DNA of 64,000 nucleotides from an uncultured Hormoscilla sp. (GTDB taxonomy: Bacteria; Cyanobacteriota; Cyanobacteriia; Cyanobacteriales; Desertifilaceae): contig OZ001293.3 of assembly GCA_963921275.4 (NCBI GenBank), positions 576,001-640,000 on the forward strand. Reading direction: 5' to 3'. Of the stretch, positions 1 through 11,265 are shown piece by piece. How positions within the stretch are numbered: the first letter of the stretch is position 1; every line of letters begins with the position of its first letter. A model generated the notes under the pieces. It ran no database searches. It had not been told where the DNA came from and saw only the letters and a list, made by a program, of their open reading frames with translations. The position numbers were made by a program, and so were the translations under genes.

Positions 1-638
1 TTAATCACCTGGTTCTCTAATTTAATATACCACTGTTTTGCCCGAACGCAGCTGCCGGGAATATTGGTGATTAAATTACCAAAATGGTCGATATACTGAA
101 TGCAGCCTGTGATGCTGGTTTCTGTGTGAGTACATGCAAGTAGGGGTAACTGGACTAAAGTTTCTGGGTCGATCGGGTTTCCCAGTTCAACTAGAGGGAC
201 GCCGCTGGCCAGATGGGCCCCTACGGGGGCGAAGATATCTCTACCGTGAAAGGTACTGCTAGGTGTGGGCGTATGCCAATATTTTGGGTTTGTGAGTTCG
301 ACCGCTGCTAGCACGGGATTTTCCGCGAGAATGCCGCTGAATAGTCCGTTATCGGGTCCGACCAAATAACAGTCCGACAGGAAAATGGCGATCGCCCTCC
401 TGCTACTCCCCACTCCGGGATCGACAACAGCGACATGAACGGTCCCGACGGGAAAATAGGGCAGGGCCTCACGCAAGCAGAACCTGGCCGCGAGAATGTT
501 CTGGGGAGGAATGTTGTGGGTGATATCCACTACTTTTAAACTGGGGTTAATCCGGGCAATTACCCCCTTCATTACCCCTACATAGATGTCACTCAAGCCA
601 AAATCACTCAGCAAAGTTAAGAAGTGGCGATCATCCAT
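1..638 (-). CDS. SAM hydrolase / SAM-dependent halogenase family protein (DUF62); 3' end runs off the window
   Basis: Manual translation from ATG at 638 gives MDDRHFLTLLSDFGLSDIYVGVMKGVI...VHVAVVDPGVGSRRA...FHGRDIFAPVGAHLA...YIDHFGNLITN. Not in the ORF track. Confidence 0.9.
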   Translation of the reverse strand, partial: MDDRHFLTLLSDFGLSDIYVGVMKGVIARINPSLKVVDITHNIPPQNILAARFCLREALPYFPVGTVHVAVVDPGVGSSRRAIAIFLSDCYLVGPDNGLFSGILAENPVLAAVELTNPKYWHTPTPSSTFHGRDIFAPVGAHLASGVPLVELGNPIDPETLVQLPLLACTHTETSITGCIQYIDHFGNLITNIPGSCVRAKQWYIKLENQVI

Positions 639-810
639 TAACTTATTTTACCTTAAACAAAAAACTATTTTACAGCATGTTTATATAATACCATTTTGGC
701 AAAACAATGCTACAAGAGGTGGCGATCATCCATTAACTTATTTTCCTTTAAACAAAGGACTATTTTACAGCATGTTTATATAATACCATTTTGGCAAAAC
801 AATGCTACAA
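624..810. repeat. Tandem duplication (period 95 bp) of the start codon and upstream region of the DUF62 gene
   Basis: 624-715 is nearly identical to 719-810. Confidence 0.9.
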
Positions 811-854
811 TTAGTTTCAGTATCATCTTTTTAGTCGGTATAACACCGACTGAT

Positions 855-1075
855 CGCGCACTGCGCAGCGGAGGGTTCCCGGAGCGTGCCAGCCGTGCGC
901 TATCGGCCTTTAGGTTTGAACCGGAAGGTGTCGAGTGGGTAGTGTTCAGGAGATGTCCCCGAGGTAGTGCGGTTAACGCTCGCTTTTATCCGCCCGTAGC
1001 GGAGGGGGCCCGGAGCGTGCGCACCAGAAAAATCGGCGCTCCCGGGATATACCTCGACCCCACCGGACATCTCGG
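855..1075. repeat. Cluster of nested GC-rich hairpin micro-elements
   Basis: gagatgtcc...ggacatctc arms with a ggtagtgcggttaacgctc core. The motif agcggaggg...cccgg..agcgtg occurs twice here and again near 21335. Confidence 0.6.
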
Positions 1076-1089
1076 GACCACGATAAGTA

Positions 1090-1120
<31 letters not shown>

Positions 1121-1314
1121 GGACAGCAGAAAGCTTGAAATTACCACAGAGCAAGGGTTATAGTATTGTTGAGTTAAAAATAAAATCTAAAAATAATTAT
1201 GCCCTACTACTTACACCTGGTGGCGGGTGAAGTCCTCTTTATGCAGAGGTTGAAAGCAGCCACAGTTCCGGTCTAGCCTGCCGACATAAAAGCCGACTTG
1301 GTTATATAGTAAGC

Positions 1315-1457
1315 GTGACATGTCAAAGGTAAGGGTGACATGCCATATAGTAATGGTGACATACCATATAGTAATGGTGACATGCCACATAGTAATGGTG
1401 ACATGCCACATAGTAATGGTGACATGTCACATAGTAATGGTGACATGCCACATAGTA
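1315..1457. repeat. 21-bp tandem repeat, about 7 units (gtgacatgccacatagtaatg)
   Basis: Units start at 1315, 1335, 1356, 1377, 1398, 1419 and 1440. No unique spacers. Confidence 0.95.
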
Positions 1458-1897
1458 AGAAAGTACTTCTATGTTGGAGTATGTTTCAGTGTAGGGGTGC
1501 GCCATATATGTCTAGATATAATAAAAAGCTGGACAGCTGCGGCCCTTATAGATAAAGGACGTATCTAATTTTGATCATCCTGAGATAAAATGCTTAGATC
1601 GGCTTTTTATGACTGCCAGACGGGTGTAGTCATGGGTCAGTTAGTTTCAGGGGCAGCGGCAACTGTAGCATTGTTTTTCCAAAATGGTATAAGAGGCAGA
1701 AACTGGAGTTTGCGAAATGACAGCTGTGCCCAAGGTAGATTCACTTAAGGAAAAACCGAAAGGTTCTCATGAAATCCTTATGAGGCATCTACTATGAATT
1801 ACAAATTTATCAAGAATTTAACCGCTTCTAAAAATCTCTGCATATCTAGGCAAACAGCCCAGCCACGCTTTGATCCAAGTCCACAGTGTAACTTCGC

Positions 1898-3390
1898 TTA
1901 ACTAGAAGTGCATTTACGCTTGGTATGGTTTCCCCTGCAAGCGGGATCCACCAATTCCTTGACCTCTAGTCCCCAGTTAGAGACGCTATAAAAAGAATGT
2001 CGATTCTTAATCTTAGTGCAAGACTTTAGCAATTTATTCAGTTGATACCAGAGGCTCCATACGTGCTTTCCAGACTTCACATCTAGATAGGCGGTTATGG
2101 AGCTTGGTAGTTTTTCTGACAATTTCATTCCTCGCCTAGCCACGGCAAGAGCCGCAGCCTCATCGCTAGCCAATCCATACTGGCGAGCAAATTTAATCAA
2201 ACCAATCAGGCTGGTGTAAGCGGGATTTATTTTTAGTAAATAAATCACTCGGTTACTAAGAATACTTTCAAGTAGCTGGTAAAAGCGACTGTAAGCCCAG
2301 CCAGAAAGCATTCGAGCATATTTACTACCACATTCTCTCAACTGCTCTTTTTTCCTAGAAAAATCTAGATTTTCGCAGATGATTGGACATCTCCGTTAGC
2401 CAAAGTTGCCAATTGCAAGCAAGCATTGACAATCTAAGCATCCTGCTGACCGTGAAGCCATCCCATTTGCAGTGGAATCTGACCTTTGGCTTTCATCCCA
2501 TCTGGATCTACATACGCCCATCCGATCGAGCCGGGGTTCATGTCAATCCCGATGCAGCCGTAAGCTGAATGTTGCGACACGCGCTTAACCGGCGTTGGTG
2601 TAAATTGTACCGCAGCATTCCATTTACCATGCTTTCGGTAAAAATGCCAGCTTTTTGCTCCTGCCTGCGACAGTCTGTTTATTTTCCGATCAAACCCACC
2701 TAATTTAGTCGTGACATACTTACCAAACCGGTCCTTTAAGCAAGCGGGAACTCTAAACTTTATGTACTCTCCATTCCACTGGCAAACCTGATTTACCAAT
2801 TTTTCTGATGAACTGCCGACTACGAAACACTGACTGTGGGGCACTTTCACCTGAATAGGTTTTAATTTTAGATAGCTTATTTTTCGTTCTAGCAGACAGG
2901 ATTTCCGCTTCTTTTGGTGAATTTGAAAGCGTAAGTGCTGCCAAGAAGTATTGCGGTACTGTAACGAACTGGCGAGCGGGGATGTGCAGCCTGTCTTAGA
3001 GTGCTGCCAGTCTTTCTGACTGTAGAACTTCCGGGCTAATTTTAATTTTCTCTCAGCCTTGCGAATCCATTCTTGAGTTGATTTCAGCTTACCTTGCAGT
3101 TGCTTTATATGGTTTTGTCTACATTCTTTGGCTGACGATACCTGACCAATCGCATCTGCGATTACGCCGCCAGCATGACGCTTATTAATCAGGTAAGTCT
3201 GCTGCAAATGAGTATTCCATTGAGATTTATTAAAAGATTCGTTACTACACAGATGATTGACCGTCTCGCATACGGCTTGACGGTAAATGAGAGCATAAGA
3301 AGTCAAGAACATCTCAAATTGCGTAAATCCAAGGAAGTTCAATTCCTCTGCTGGGGTAGGTAGTCCTTTAGTATAGGTGAGAATAGCCAT
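1898..3390 (-). pseudogene. IS200/IS605 TnpB-related RuvC nuclease, inactivated
   Basis: RuvC-like motifs GIDMNP, ENLDF and INPAYTS...DEAAALAVARRG. In-frame TAG at 2434-2436 and a frameshift near 2390. Confidence 0.8.
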
Positions 3391-3563
3391 ACTATGATTA
3401 TACCCGCTTGCAGCAGATAAATTACATCCAATTATCCAATTATCTCGGCATAATACTAATATTTGCCCAGATATACCGATAAATTTGGTAACTGTTACTA
3501 GCCCCCTTCAGCTCGGAAAACTGCTGCGATCGCGGTCGGTTTAGCCAATACTGTTCACGCTGG

Positions 3564-4332
3564 TTGACCATTGGTTGGCCAACCCTGTCCCTAGCAGAAT
3601 CTGGTCTACCAGCGGTCGATGGACTGCCAACAAGACGAGAAGGAGGTGGCGCCCGCAGTATTTGTGTAGGCGGTGTTCAGCAGATGACTGCACTGGTGCC
3701 GAGCATCAATTTGGGCAAAACAATATCCAAAGATCCTACCTTCTTTGTCTATATTCCACCTAATAGGGCCCAGGGAGCAGAGATTGGTCTGATGGATTCT
3801 GAGGGTAACCAGATCTATAGCACTATTATTGAGCAGAATGTTGACTCTGGTGTGGTGGGCTTTAATCTGCCCGATCTCCCAACCCTGGAAATGGGTAAAA
3901 ATTACCAGTGGTACTTTCAGTTTATTTGTAATGATGACCTTGGTGCTTTTGTAGAAGGGTGGGTGCAACGAGTCGAACTGAGCGATCGCCTCCAGAGTCA
4001 GTTGCAACAGGCGGACTCACGCCAACGGGCCGAAATTTATCAACAAGAGGACCTTTGGTACGAGGCCCTGAAAACTCTGGCCGATCGCGTAGCGTGGCGC
4101 AGCCATGTTGCGCCGCTTGCATCCGTTCGATGCCTCTCGGGGCGAGGTGTCTCCTGGGAGCTCGATGTTTCCCGGGAGCGCTAAGCGCACTACCCAGGAG
4201 ACACAGGAGCGCTAATCGCACTACCAGAGAGGCATCGACGACTCAACCCTAGAGGCCCAATGGGAAGAACTCCTCACACAAGTCAATCTAAAACATTTGG
4301 CCCAACAGCCCGTTGTCAACACTGCTTTGTAA
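3564..4332 (+). pseudogene. DUF928 domain protein disrupted near its 3' end by hairpin insertions
   Basis: RREGGGAR, PTFFVYIP, YQWYF, GWVQRV and LWYEAL motifs. The C-terminus (DSTLEAQWEELLTQVNL) resumes after repeats at about 4089-4236. Confidence 0.75.
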
Positions 4333-4377
4333 GCACCCCAGGGAAAGTAGATCCCTTTTGTTGGCTTTGATGCTCCG

Positions 4378-4405
4378 GAAACCACCGGTTATAACCGGTG
4401 GTTTT
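4378..4405 (+). terminator. Hairpin, probable terminator
   Basis: aaaccaccggttataaccggtggtttt is a perfect palindrome followed by a T-rich tract. Confidence 0.5.
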
Positions 4406-4415
4406 ATTAATTTTT

Positions 4416-4429
4416 GTAACCATCGCTAC
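4416..4429 (+). promoter_or_regulatory. NtcA binding site
   Basis: GTA-accatcgc-TAC (GTA-N8-TAC) upstream of pirA, with a -10-like TATCTT at 4450. Confidence 0.7.
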
Positions 4430-4500
4430 ACAGTTTTTCCAGAAAGGGTTATCTTAGAAGTATGAGCCTTAATTAAATTTCGTCTAAAAAAAAGTCCACC

Positions 4501-4653
4501 ATGAACATGAATCGTCAAACCAGGAAAAAACTAGCCCAAGTCCATCAAGACAACCTGCAAAAGAACTTACAGCACCGGCTGGAAGTCGCCAGAACCAAAG
4601 GGGATGAAAACTTAATTCGGATGCTAGAGGCGGAAGCTAACTACTTCAGCTAG
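4501..4653 (+). CDS. pirA: PII-interacting regulator of arginine synthesis PirA (50 aa)
   Basis: MNMNRQTRKKLAQVHQDNLQKNLQHRLEVARTKGDENLIRMLEAEANYFS, with an NtcA box upstream. Below the ORF-track size cutoff. Confidence 0.8.
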   Translation: MNMNRQTRKKLAQVHQDNLQKNLQHRLEVARTKGDENLIRMLEAEANYFS

Positions 4654-4671
4654 AACGCTAGAGCATCGGTC

Positions 4672-4738
4672 AAGAAACCGGGTTTCTGTTACCAAAACGT
4701 CAATATAAGTGCTATTCCTGACGAGAAACCCGGTTTCT
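4672..4738. repeat. AGAAACCGGGTTTCT inverted-repeat MITE family
   Basis: Paired agaaaccgggtttct / agaaacccggtttct ends. Related copies near 6675, 15411, 17793, 18861, 20651 and 29346. Confidence 0.75.
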
Positions 4739-4800
4739 ATCTCATCTTGACCGACTCTATAGTCCATGTCAGCCGGTGTCAATTAATTTAACCGGTGCAT

Positions 4801-4832
4801 AGCCCACCCGATCGCTTCTCGGGTGGGCTTTT
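4801..4832 (+). terminator. Rho-independent terminator
   Basis: AGCCCACCCGA-loop-TCGGGTGGGCT followed by TTT. Confidence 0.6.
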
Positions 4833-4854
4833 GGCGCGATCGCCCCGTCCCAGA

Positions 4855-5243
4855 GGCGATTACTATCAATACTTCTCGGTTAATAACTTGTCATTGCGAA
4901 GGGGGGGAGTTTAAACCAACATTGTGAGTATCTTCGCTTATATTCCCCCCGAAGCAATCTCCCCGACGAGGTAGGAGATTGCTAGCTGCTGCGCAGCGGC
5001 TGCACGAACGGGGGGGTTAACTCAATTGAGAATAAGTTAATCGCTACTTCTGTGTTCCCTGCTGCTGCGTCTCCTGGGAGCTTGATGTCCCTCGGACGCA
5101 CGGCGAAACCCGGGGGACATCATCTGAGCACTACCCAGGAGATGCAGCGAGCTACTCGCACTACCCGGGGAACACAGCCCCCCCCTCGCAATGACAAATG
5201 TCCCAGCCGTCTTGCTTAACCGAAAAGTATTGCGATTACTATT
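4855..5243. mobile_element. Composite MITE with nested REP-like and hairpin elements
   Basis: Outer inverted repeat caatactt..cggttaa / ttaaccg..aagtattg, flanked by direct gcgattactat. Inner tgtcattgcga / tcgcaatgaca pair and nested hairpins at 5050-5178. Confidence 0.7.
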
Positions 5244-5285
5244 GTAATTAATATAGAATTAAATTGGCAGTAAGAGGAGGAGGGG

Positions 5286-5906
5286 ATGTCAAAGATAGCA
5301 GTTATCGAACCAGAAAAGTCTTATACATTTGCGGAATACTTTAAGTTGAACTGCGAACCAGACGATCTTCTAGCTTATTTTGGCTATGGGTACAAGGCCA
5401 AATCACTAACGTTGCCGCAGTCAAATCGGGAGTTAAATCGGTTAGAGAATCTGAAACAGCAGTTAGAACAAAATTTACCATACATTAGCCTGAGTAGTGA
5501 AATGGCAAGGCGAGAGTTTTTAATTGCTCCCGTGTTGATGGAGGTAATTTATTACACGAAAGCGCGAGTGAAGGTGGGGTATTCCTTAACCGTAAGCGAA
5601 CAACTGAAAGGAGAGTTAGATTATTATTTAAAATCCCAAAGTCAGTTACTGGTGATTGAAGCAAAAAATGCGGATCTCCAACGGGGCTTTACTCAATTAG
5701 CCGTGGAATTAATTGCGGTTTCGCAAGCGCAACTAGCGAAAGGAGACATACTCTACGGTGCGGTTTCCGTTGGGAATATTTGGCAATTTGCGGTTTTACA
5801 TAGTCAAGAACAGCAGGTTGTACAAGATCTAAATTTGTATCGGGTTCCGGCAGATTTACAGGAGTTGTTGCCAATTATAGTTGGGATTTTGGAACTGGAT
5901 TTGTAG
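5286..5906 (+). CDS. Hypothetical PD-(D/E)xK-like protein
   Basis: 206-aa ORF with SEMARREFLIAPVL, GELDY and VIEAK; GAGGAGG RBS upstream. Confidence 0.7.
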   Translation: MSKIAVIEPEKSYTFAEYFKLNCEPDDLLAYFGYGYKAKSLTLPQSNRELNRLENLKQQLEQNLPYISLSSEMARREFLIAPVLMEVIYYTKARVKVGYSLTVSEQLKGELDYYLKSQSQLLVIEAKNADLQRGFTQLAVELIAVSQAQLAKGDILYGAVSVGNIWQFAVLHSQEQQVVQDLNLYRVPADLQELLPIIVGILELDL

Positions 5907-5972
5907 TAGCATAAAATTTAGGATAATCCCAACTTGGAATTAAGATTATCCCTGTGCAACTGACTCTACTAC

Positions 5973-6569
5973 TTACTCAAGTCCACTCCGTAAGATCCCC
6001 AGAATCTTGCCAACATTATTCAGAAAATACTCATTTAAGTCTATGGATATCGTTTGTTCTTCAAGTTTCAAAAATTTCCAGTTAGTTCCTGTCGTGACTG
6101 AGCCATAGATGGTTTTAATTTCATTTTATTGGCGCTGATTAAATAACTGAGCTGCTAACATTTCGGCCATGCATTGCCCTAAGCCTGATTTAATGTTATC
6201 ATTTTTTGCTTCCACAAGAATGATAACGGGTGCTTCAATTAACAACTGTTCGGGAGAACGACTAATTAGAAAGTCGCAACGTCCATTCAAGCCTCTTTCC
6301 AAGTCAACATTAAAGTCTTTGCCTGAAAATAAGCTGATCTGACCCGTCAATTGTGTCTTGAGTTCAAATAAGATGGGGACAATGATAAATTCCGACCGGG
6401 ATTTTTCCGTGTCTATTGCTAGTGCTAAGGGTATATATTTTTGCAGCGCTTGTGCCAGAAAATCGCTGTACTCTATCTCGGGAATATCTGCAAATATCCC
6501 AAATTTATCGGAAATTGTTATGCCAAAGGTGATTTTGATTTCCTCTATGCTAAATTGACTGTATGACAT
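5973..6569 (-). pseudogene. Related PD-(D/E)xK-like protein with a premature stop
   Basis: EKSRSEFII, GRCDF and VEAK motifs. After the TAA at 6126 the frame continues as [16 protein letters not shown] to a stop at 5973. Confidence 0.7.
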
Positions 6570-6734
6570 TTGACTGCCTCTCTATTATCAGGAATGGGCG
6601 ATCGCCTCCTATATTGTAGCACATAAATCAGGGTGCATCTCACTTTTGCTGCTGGCATATTCGCTCCGGAGGCCAGAAACCAGGTTTTGACAAAAAACCT
6701 GGTTTCTTAATCCCAAATTGAGATGCACCTCATA

Positions 6735-7646
6735 AATCATTTGAAAACACCTGTCATGATATTAATAGTTAAACTGTCTCCATCGAGGGTTTTAATCACC
6801 AGATATTTACCAAACACGGACATTTCTATTCCCTGGTCTGGTAAGTCCTCACTAAATCGGATAGAACCACCTGGGTTAAACAGCAGCACTTCCTCTTCCG
6901 TCAGTACCGCTGTTACCCGATCGAGCGTCAGAATTTGTACTATAGGTTGTTAAGGGTAGTGCAACTAGGAGGCGACCGCTTTGCAGACAAATACAGGCTA
7001 ACTGTTGATCTACGCCGATCCAAACTGTATTTTGTTCCTCCCATACTTGAATTATCGGCTCTAGTGAGGAACTGCTTCGATATCTCCTGTTGTGCTCTTG
7101 TCCCAGGGGACTCGGCACACAGGAGATATCGCCAACTCATTCCGTAACTACCCAATCTTTCTCCCAAGTCTAAGATAGCAAATTTGTGAGAATAGTCATG
7201 GACAATTATCTGCCTCACTCCCTCCATAAGGTTGAACTCTGATTCTTTAATGCTTTCAATTTTATCCTGACTCCTGTTTATAGATTAACACTACGATCGA
7301 AGTTACTTGAGGCTTGACGGATAGGTCACCATTAGGATAAAAGTATCTAACTATGATAGCACTCTTAACTTCACTACCGCTTACTTCCACTTTCCTGGAT
7401 ATGTTCAGACCGTATTTGGTCAGTTTTCTTCCTTTCTGGATTTCTGGAGCATTTAATCTTTCCTGAAATATTTCGCTTGAGACGTTCTCTACCATCAGCA
7501 GCTTCGTCAATCCCTAGTAAATTCAAGTTTTCTAAGTTATCCGAGGATCTCCTGATATTTTTGGTGCTAGATGTAACCCTACCAAAAAAGAAGTCAAATT
7601 TACTTTCTTTGACGGTAAACCCTTTCCCCTCAATGTTCTGGCACAA
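6735..7646 (-). pseudogene. Two adjacent frameshifted hypothetical genes
   Basis: Overlapping ORF pieces 7374-7646/7262-7510 and 6940-7227/6876-7118. Confidence 0.35.
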
Positions 7647-7997
7647 TTGAATATTTACTCCCTACATAAATTATCTCTTATCCTCATCTTACTACAGTCG
7701 ATGTACTTGCGATATCGCCCTGATTGAGGCGCTATCGCGGCAACATCGTGGGGTTTTGAGTTGTCTGCATTTACTATCGCCATTTGGACAAATATCCTGT
7801 AGTTAACTACCCTGACTGTGTCAGCCAACTGGAAGCCTTATACTTATCTTACCATCGGATCGCTCAATTTTCAACCCCGCATTTTTTCCTCTATCTGCAC
7901 CGGATGCTGAGCCTCTAGAAACGGTCAATTTTACACTACATAATACTGCATTGTACCACATGATGCATACAAGACGCTACAGAAATGCTCCACCCGA

Positions 7998-8800
7998 CTA
8001 CTCTTTCGTCAGCAAAGGTTTAACATCGTGAAAGTGATTATAATCAATGTGTCGATCGCCATCCTTGCCCGTATACAAAACATCCACAAATCTCATATTC
8101 CAAATAATATCGGAGGCCCCATACAAATGACGAGCATGGATAGTCTGGGAAACTGTTTCATCCAGCCCTGTCATGAGCGCGATAATCTCCGGATTCCACT
8201 CAGCTAAATTCTCCTCTGTCACCCCATAAAGAGGACTGGTTTCGTCAATTTCATGCATCGCCATCCAACTGATAGTAAGAATGGGTGTCTGAGAACGAAC
8301 TAACTTAAGATCGCACAGCCGACGCAAAGAATGACCCTCCGACGTGACTTCTTCAGGCAGTACGATAGTAACTCGCAGTTGAGCTTCCACGATCCAATTA
8401 TTGCGCTGGTTAGCTATCCGAAACATCAGAGTAGGTATGCCATTGTAAGGACAAATAACTGCCACCCGACTGAACAGCACTCTCGCTGAAGGTTTTGAAA
8501 ACCGGGCAAACATCAGCGCCGTAGCGTTTGCGAACCCTAGCAGACCGAACAATGCCTCGAACGTTACCAACAGATGCGTGTAGGGTGTGGTAGGATACAT
8601 GGAACCGTAACCGATAGTTGCCATAGTCTGAATACTAAAAAAGAAAGCATCCTTAAAGTTACCCGATTGCGCATTGGCTATCCCATCTCCTCCAGCCAAG
8701 TACGCAAGGGCAAACAGAATGTTCGTCACCAAATACAATAGACAGATTAGCCCCAAAAACTCCCACCAAGAAATCATCAGCAGCCAATGGTACAGAAGTG
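7998..8800 (-). pseudogene. Inward-rectifier K+ channel (KirBac-like), 5'-truncated
   Basis: FFFSIQTMATIGYG filter and PTLMFRIANQR. The upstream LYHWLL segment runs directly into an unrelated gene fragment. Confidence 0.8.
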
Positions 8801-8824
8801 GAAGTGGGGTAACCCCAGCCGCAC

Positions 8825-9689
8825 GAACGATCGAAAGCTAGAGTCCTTATTTTTCAAGTGCTTTGATACCATGCGGGACTTACTCGATCGCCTGCAAGGA
8901 CCATTTGGCTTGCGAGATGAAGAAGCGAATCAAGTGATGCTGTCCGCGGAGCCAATCTTTGGCCAACTCCAAGCTTATCTAGAGAGTTTAACGGGTAGGG
9001 TTGCCGAACAGCCAATCAAAACAGATGCTGCTTCGATGTCTCTGGGGAGCTTGATGTCCCCCGGACGCACGGCAAAACCCGGGGGACATCATCTGAGCAC
9101 TACCCCAGAGACATCGCCACCTAAGCCAGATTTTGTGACTCAGGTAACGGCGGTCCTCAGAGAGATGTTGCAGCTGTTTAAGCAAAAAGCTAATCCTGCT
9201 AATCGTCAACAGCTGGAACAATTATGTAGCAGTCTCCTCAATCTGGGCGAAGATACGGAAAGCTGGCAAAATCTAGTACAAACGGCTCAGACTGCTATTG
9301 CTAATCCTAACTGTCCCTATCTCACCCTGGCTCCCCTGGTGATTAAGGAACTCAAGCAGGCAAGCGAACAACTGCAGGCTGGCCAAGCTAACCAAATCGC
9401 TCCTTCTAAAAACTTGCAACGCATAGCGGATAATTCTCCTTCTCAGCGAATTATCCTAGTTGTCGAACCAAAGGCAGCCGCAGAAACTCTGGTCAAGGCT
9501 TTCAACAAAAAGCAGCTATCACAATTTATGAAGGCGCTACAAACAACCGCTAAAACCCTCGACACCTCCCCATCACCCAACGTCCCCCGGTCGGGAAAAG
9601 TCCCCCGGGGCGAGGCATCCCCCGGGAGCGCTATTCGCACAAAAAGGGAGACGCCTCGCTCGACATCCCCCCAGAGGGAGACGCGCTAA
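8825..9689 (+). pseudogene. C-terminal part of a CheA-like/Hpt-associated protein, 5'-truncated, with hairpin insertions
   Basis: KLESLFFKCFDTMRDLLDRLQGPFGL segment; 84-nt insert at 9032-9115; repeat-derived tail after about 9560. Confidence 0.55.
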
Positions 9690-9845
9690 CCGCATCACCC
9701 ATCAGACATCATAACCACACCACCCGTCAGACATCATAACCACACAAAAAGGGAGACATCACCATCACACCACCCAGCGCAGTCCCGTAGAGGCGAGCAG
9801 GCATCGCAGCAAAGTAGTCTGTTGTCAATTGTCAGTTGTCAGTTG

Positions 9846-11171
9846 TCACCATTCACCAAAGGTGAGGGCTTGCCCCCGGACTTCTTTGCGCAAATTGCCG
9901 CGATCGTAGGCAACTTGACCGCCGACAATGGTCACAACGGGCCAACCTGTCAAGTTCCAACCTTCAAAGGGACTCCAACCACATTTGGTCAGGAGTTCCT
10001 CGCGGCGTACTGGACGATAGCTGTTCAGGTCTACCAGTACCAAGTCAGCATCATAGCCCGGGGCAATGACGCCTTTATTAGGAATCTTGTAGGCTTTCGC
10101 TGGTGCCAGTGACATCCAGTGAGAGACTTGGGCAATGCTACAACGCCCCTGCATTGCCTGAGTCAGCATCAGGGGTAAAGATGTCTCTACTCCTGGCATG
10201 CCCGAAGGAGAATTAGGATATCCTCGGGCTTTTTCCTCTAAAGTGTGGGGGGCGTGGTCTGTAGCGATCAAGTCAATTACCCCATCTAGCAAGGCTTGCC
10301 ACAGGACTTGGTTGTCCTGGGGAGTGCGCAAAGGGGGATTCATTTGAGCCAAGGTGCCAAGCTGTTCGTAAGCGCTACTATTGAGTAGTAGGTGTTGGGG
10401 CGTTACTTCTGCTGTCACCCAGATGGGCTTATCCTGACGCAGCAATTCTGCTTCGACACCGGTAGACATATGTAGAATATGCAGGCGTCGCTGGTATTTC
10501 TTCGACAGCCCCAGGGCCTGAACAGTCGCGTTCAAGGCTGCCTGTGAGTCCTGTATTTGGGAATGAACCGCTGGGTTAGTCTCGCCCACAAATAACTGCC
10601 GGCGCTCGGATATCCGGGCTTGGTCTTCGGCATGTACAGCGATCAGCCGCGTGCCAGTAGCAAAGATTCTCTCCAGCACCTCGGACTGGTCAACCAGGAG
10701 ATCGCCCTTCATGGACCCCATAAAAATTTTAATTCCTGGCGTGGGATTTGCGGAGAGCAGATCGGGGGAACAGGCTGACGTTGCTCCAATAAAAAAGCCA
10801 TAATTGACTAAGCACTTCTGTTGGGCCCGTCCCAGTTTGTCATCTAGAGTGGACTGGTCTGTTGTCAGTGGGCGTGTATTGGGCATCTCCAAAAATGAAG
10901 TCACGCCCCCCTTAGCACAAGCACTGCTAGCTGTCAATAGGTCTTCTTTATGCTCTAGACCTGGTTCTCGGAAATGCACCTGGGGGTCGATCGCACCTGG
11001 CAACAATGTCAACCCCTCGGCGTCTAGAACCTCCTCAGGGACGGATCCGAGATCCGGGGCGACTTGGACAATTTCTCGATCGCGGATCCCGACATCCCCC
11101 ACCAGGAAATCACCAGTGGGTAATAGTATCCGTGCCTGACGAATCAACAAACTAAAAGGAGTAGCTGACAT
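9846..11171 (-). CDS. pyrC: Dihydroorotase (type I amidohydrolase)
   Basis: IDPQVHFREPG, EMPNT, HAED, MNPPLR and ATDHAPH. Confidence 0.9.
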   Translation of the reverse strand: MSATPFSLLIRQARILLPTGDFLVGDVGIRDREIVQVAPDLGSVPEEVLDAEGLTLLPGAIDPQVHFREPGLEHKEDLLTASSACAKGGVTSFLEMPNTRPLTTDQSTLDDKLGRAQQKCLVNYGFFIGATSACSPDLLSANPTPGIKIFMGSMKGDLLVDQSEVLERIFATGTRLIAVHAEDQARISERRQLFVGETNPAVHSQIQDSQAALNATVQALGLSKKYQRRLHILHMSTGVEAELLRQDKPIWVTAEVTPQHLLLNSSAYEQLGTLAQMNPPLRTPQDNQVLWQALLDGVIDLIATDHAPHTLEEKARGYPNSPSGMPGVETSLPLMLTQAMQGRCSIAQVSHWMSLAPAKAYKIPNKGVIAPGYDADLVLVDLNSYRPVRREELLTKCGWSPFEGWNLTGWPVVTIVGGQVAYDRGNLRKEVRGQALTFGEW

Positions 11172-11265
11172 GGGAGAAGGTATTGCTCAAATTCATTACC
11201 GTTAATTGACTATACTTGATCTGTAAATAATTGTCAATCTTACTGATATATCCCCAAAATAGAAC

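Noticed and set aside
1315..1457. CRISPR array next to a TnpB/Cas12-like gene
   Set aside because: The units are contiguous 21-mers with no unique spacers.
1211..1568. ORFs across the 21-bp repeat
   Set aside because: They are open in several frames only because of the repeat period.
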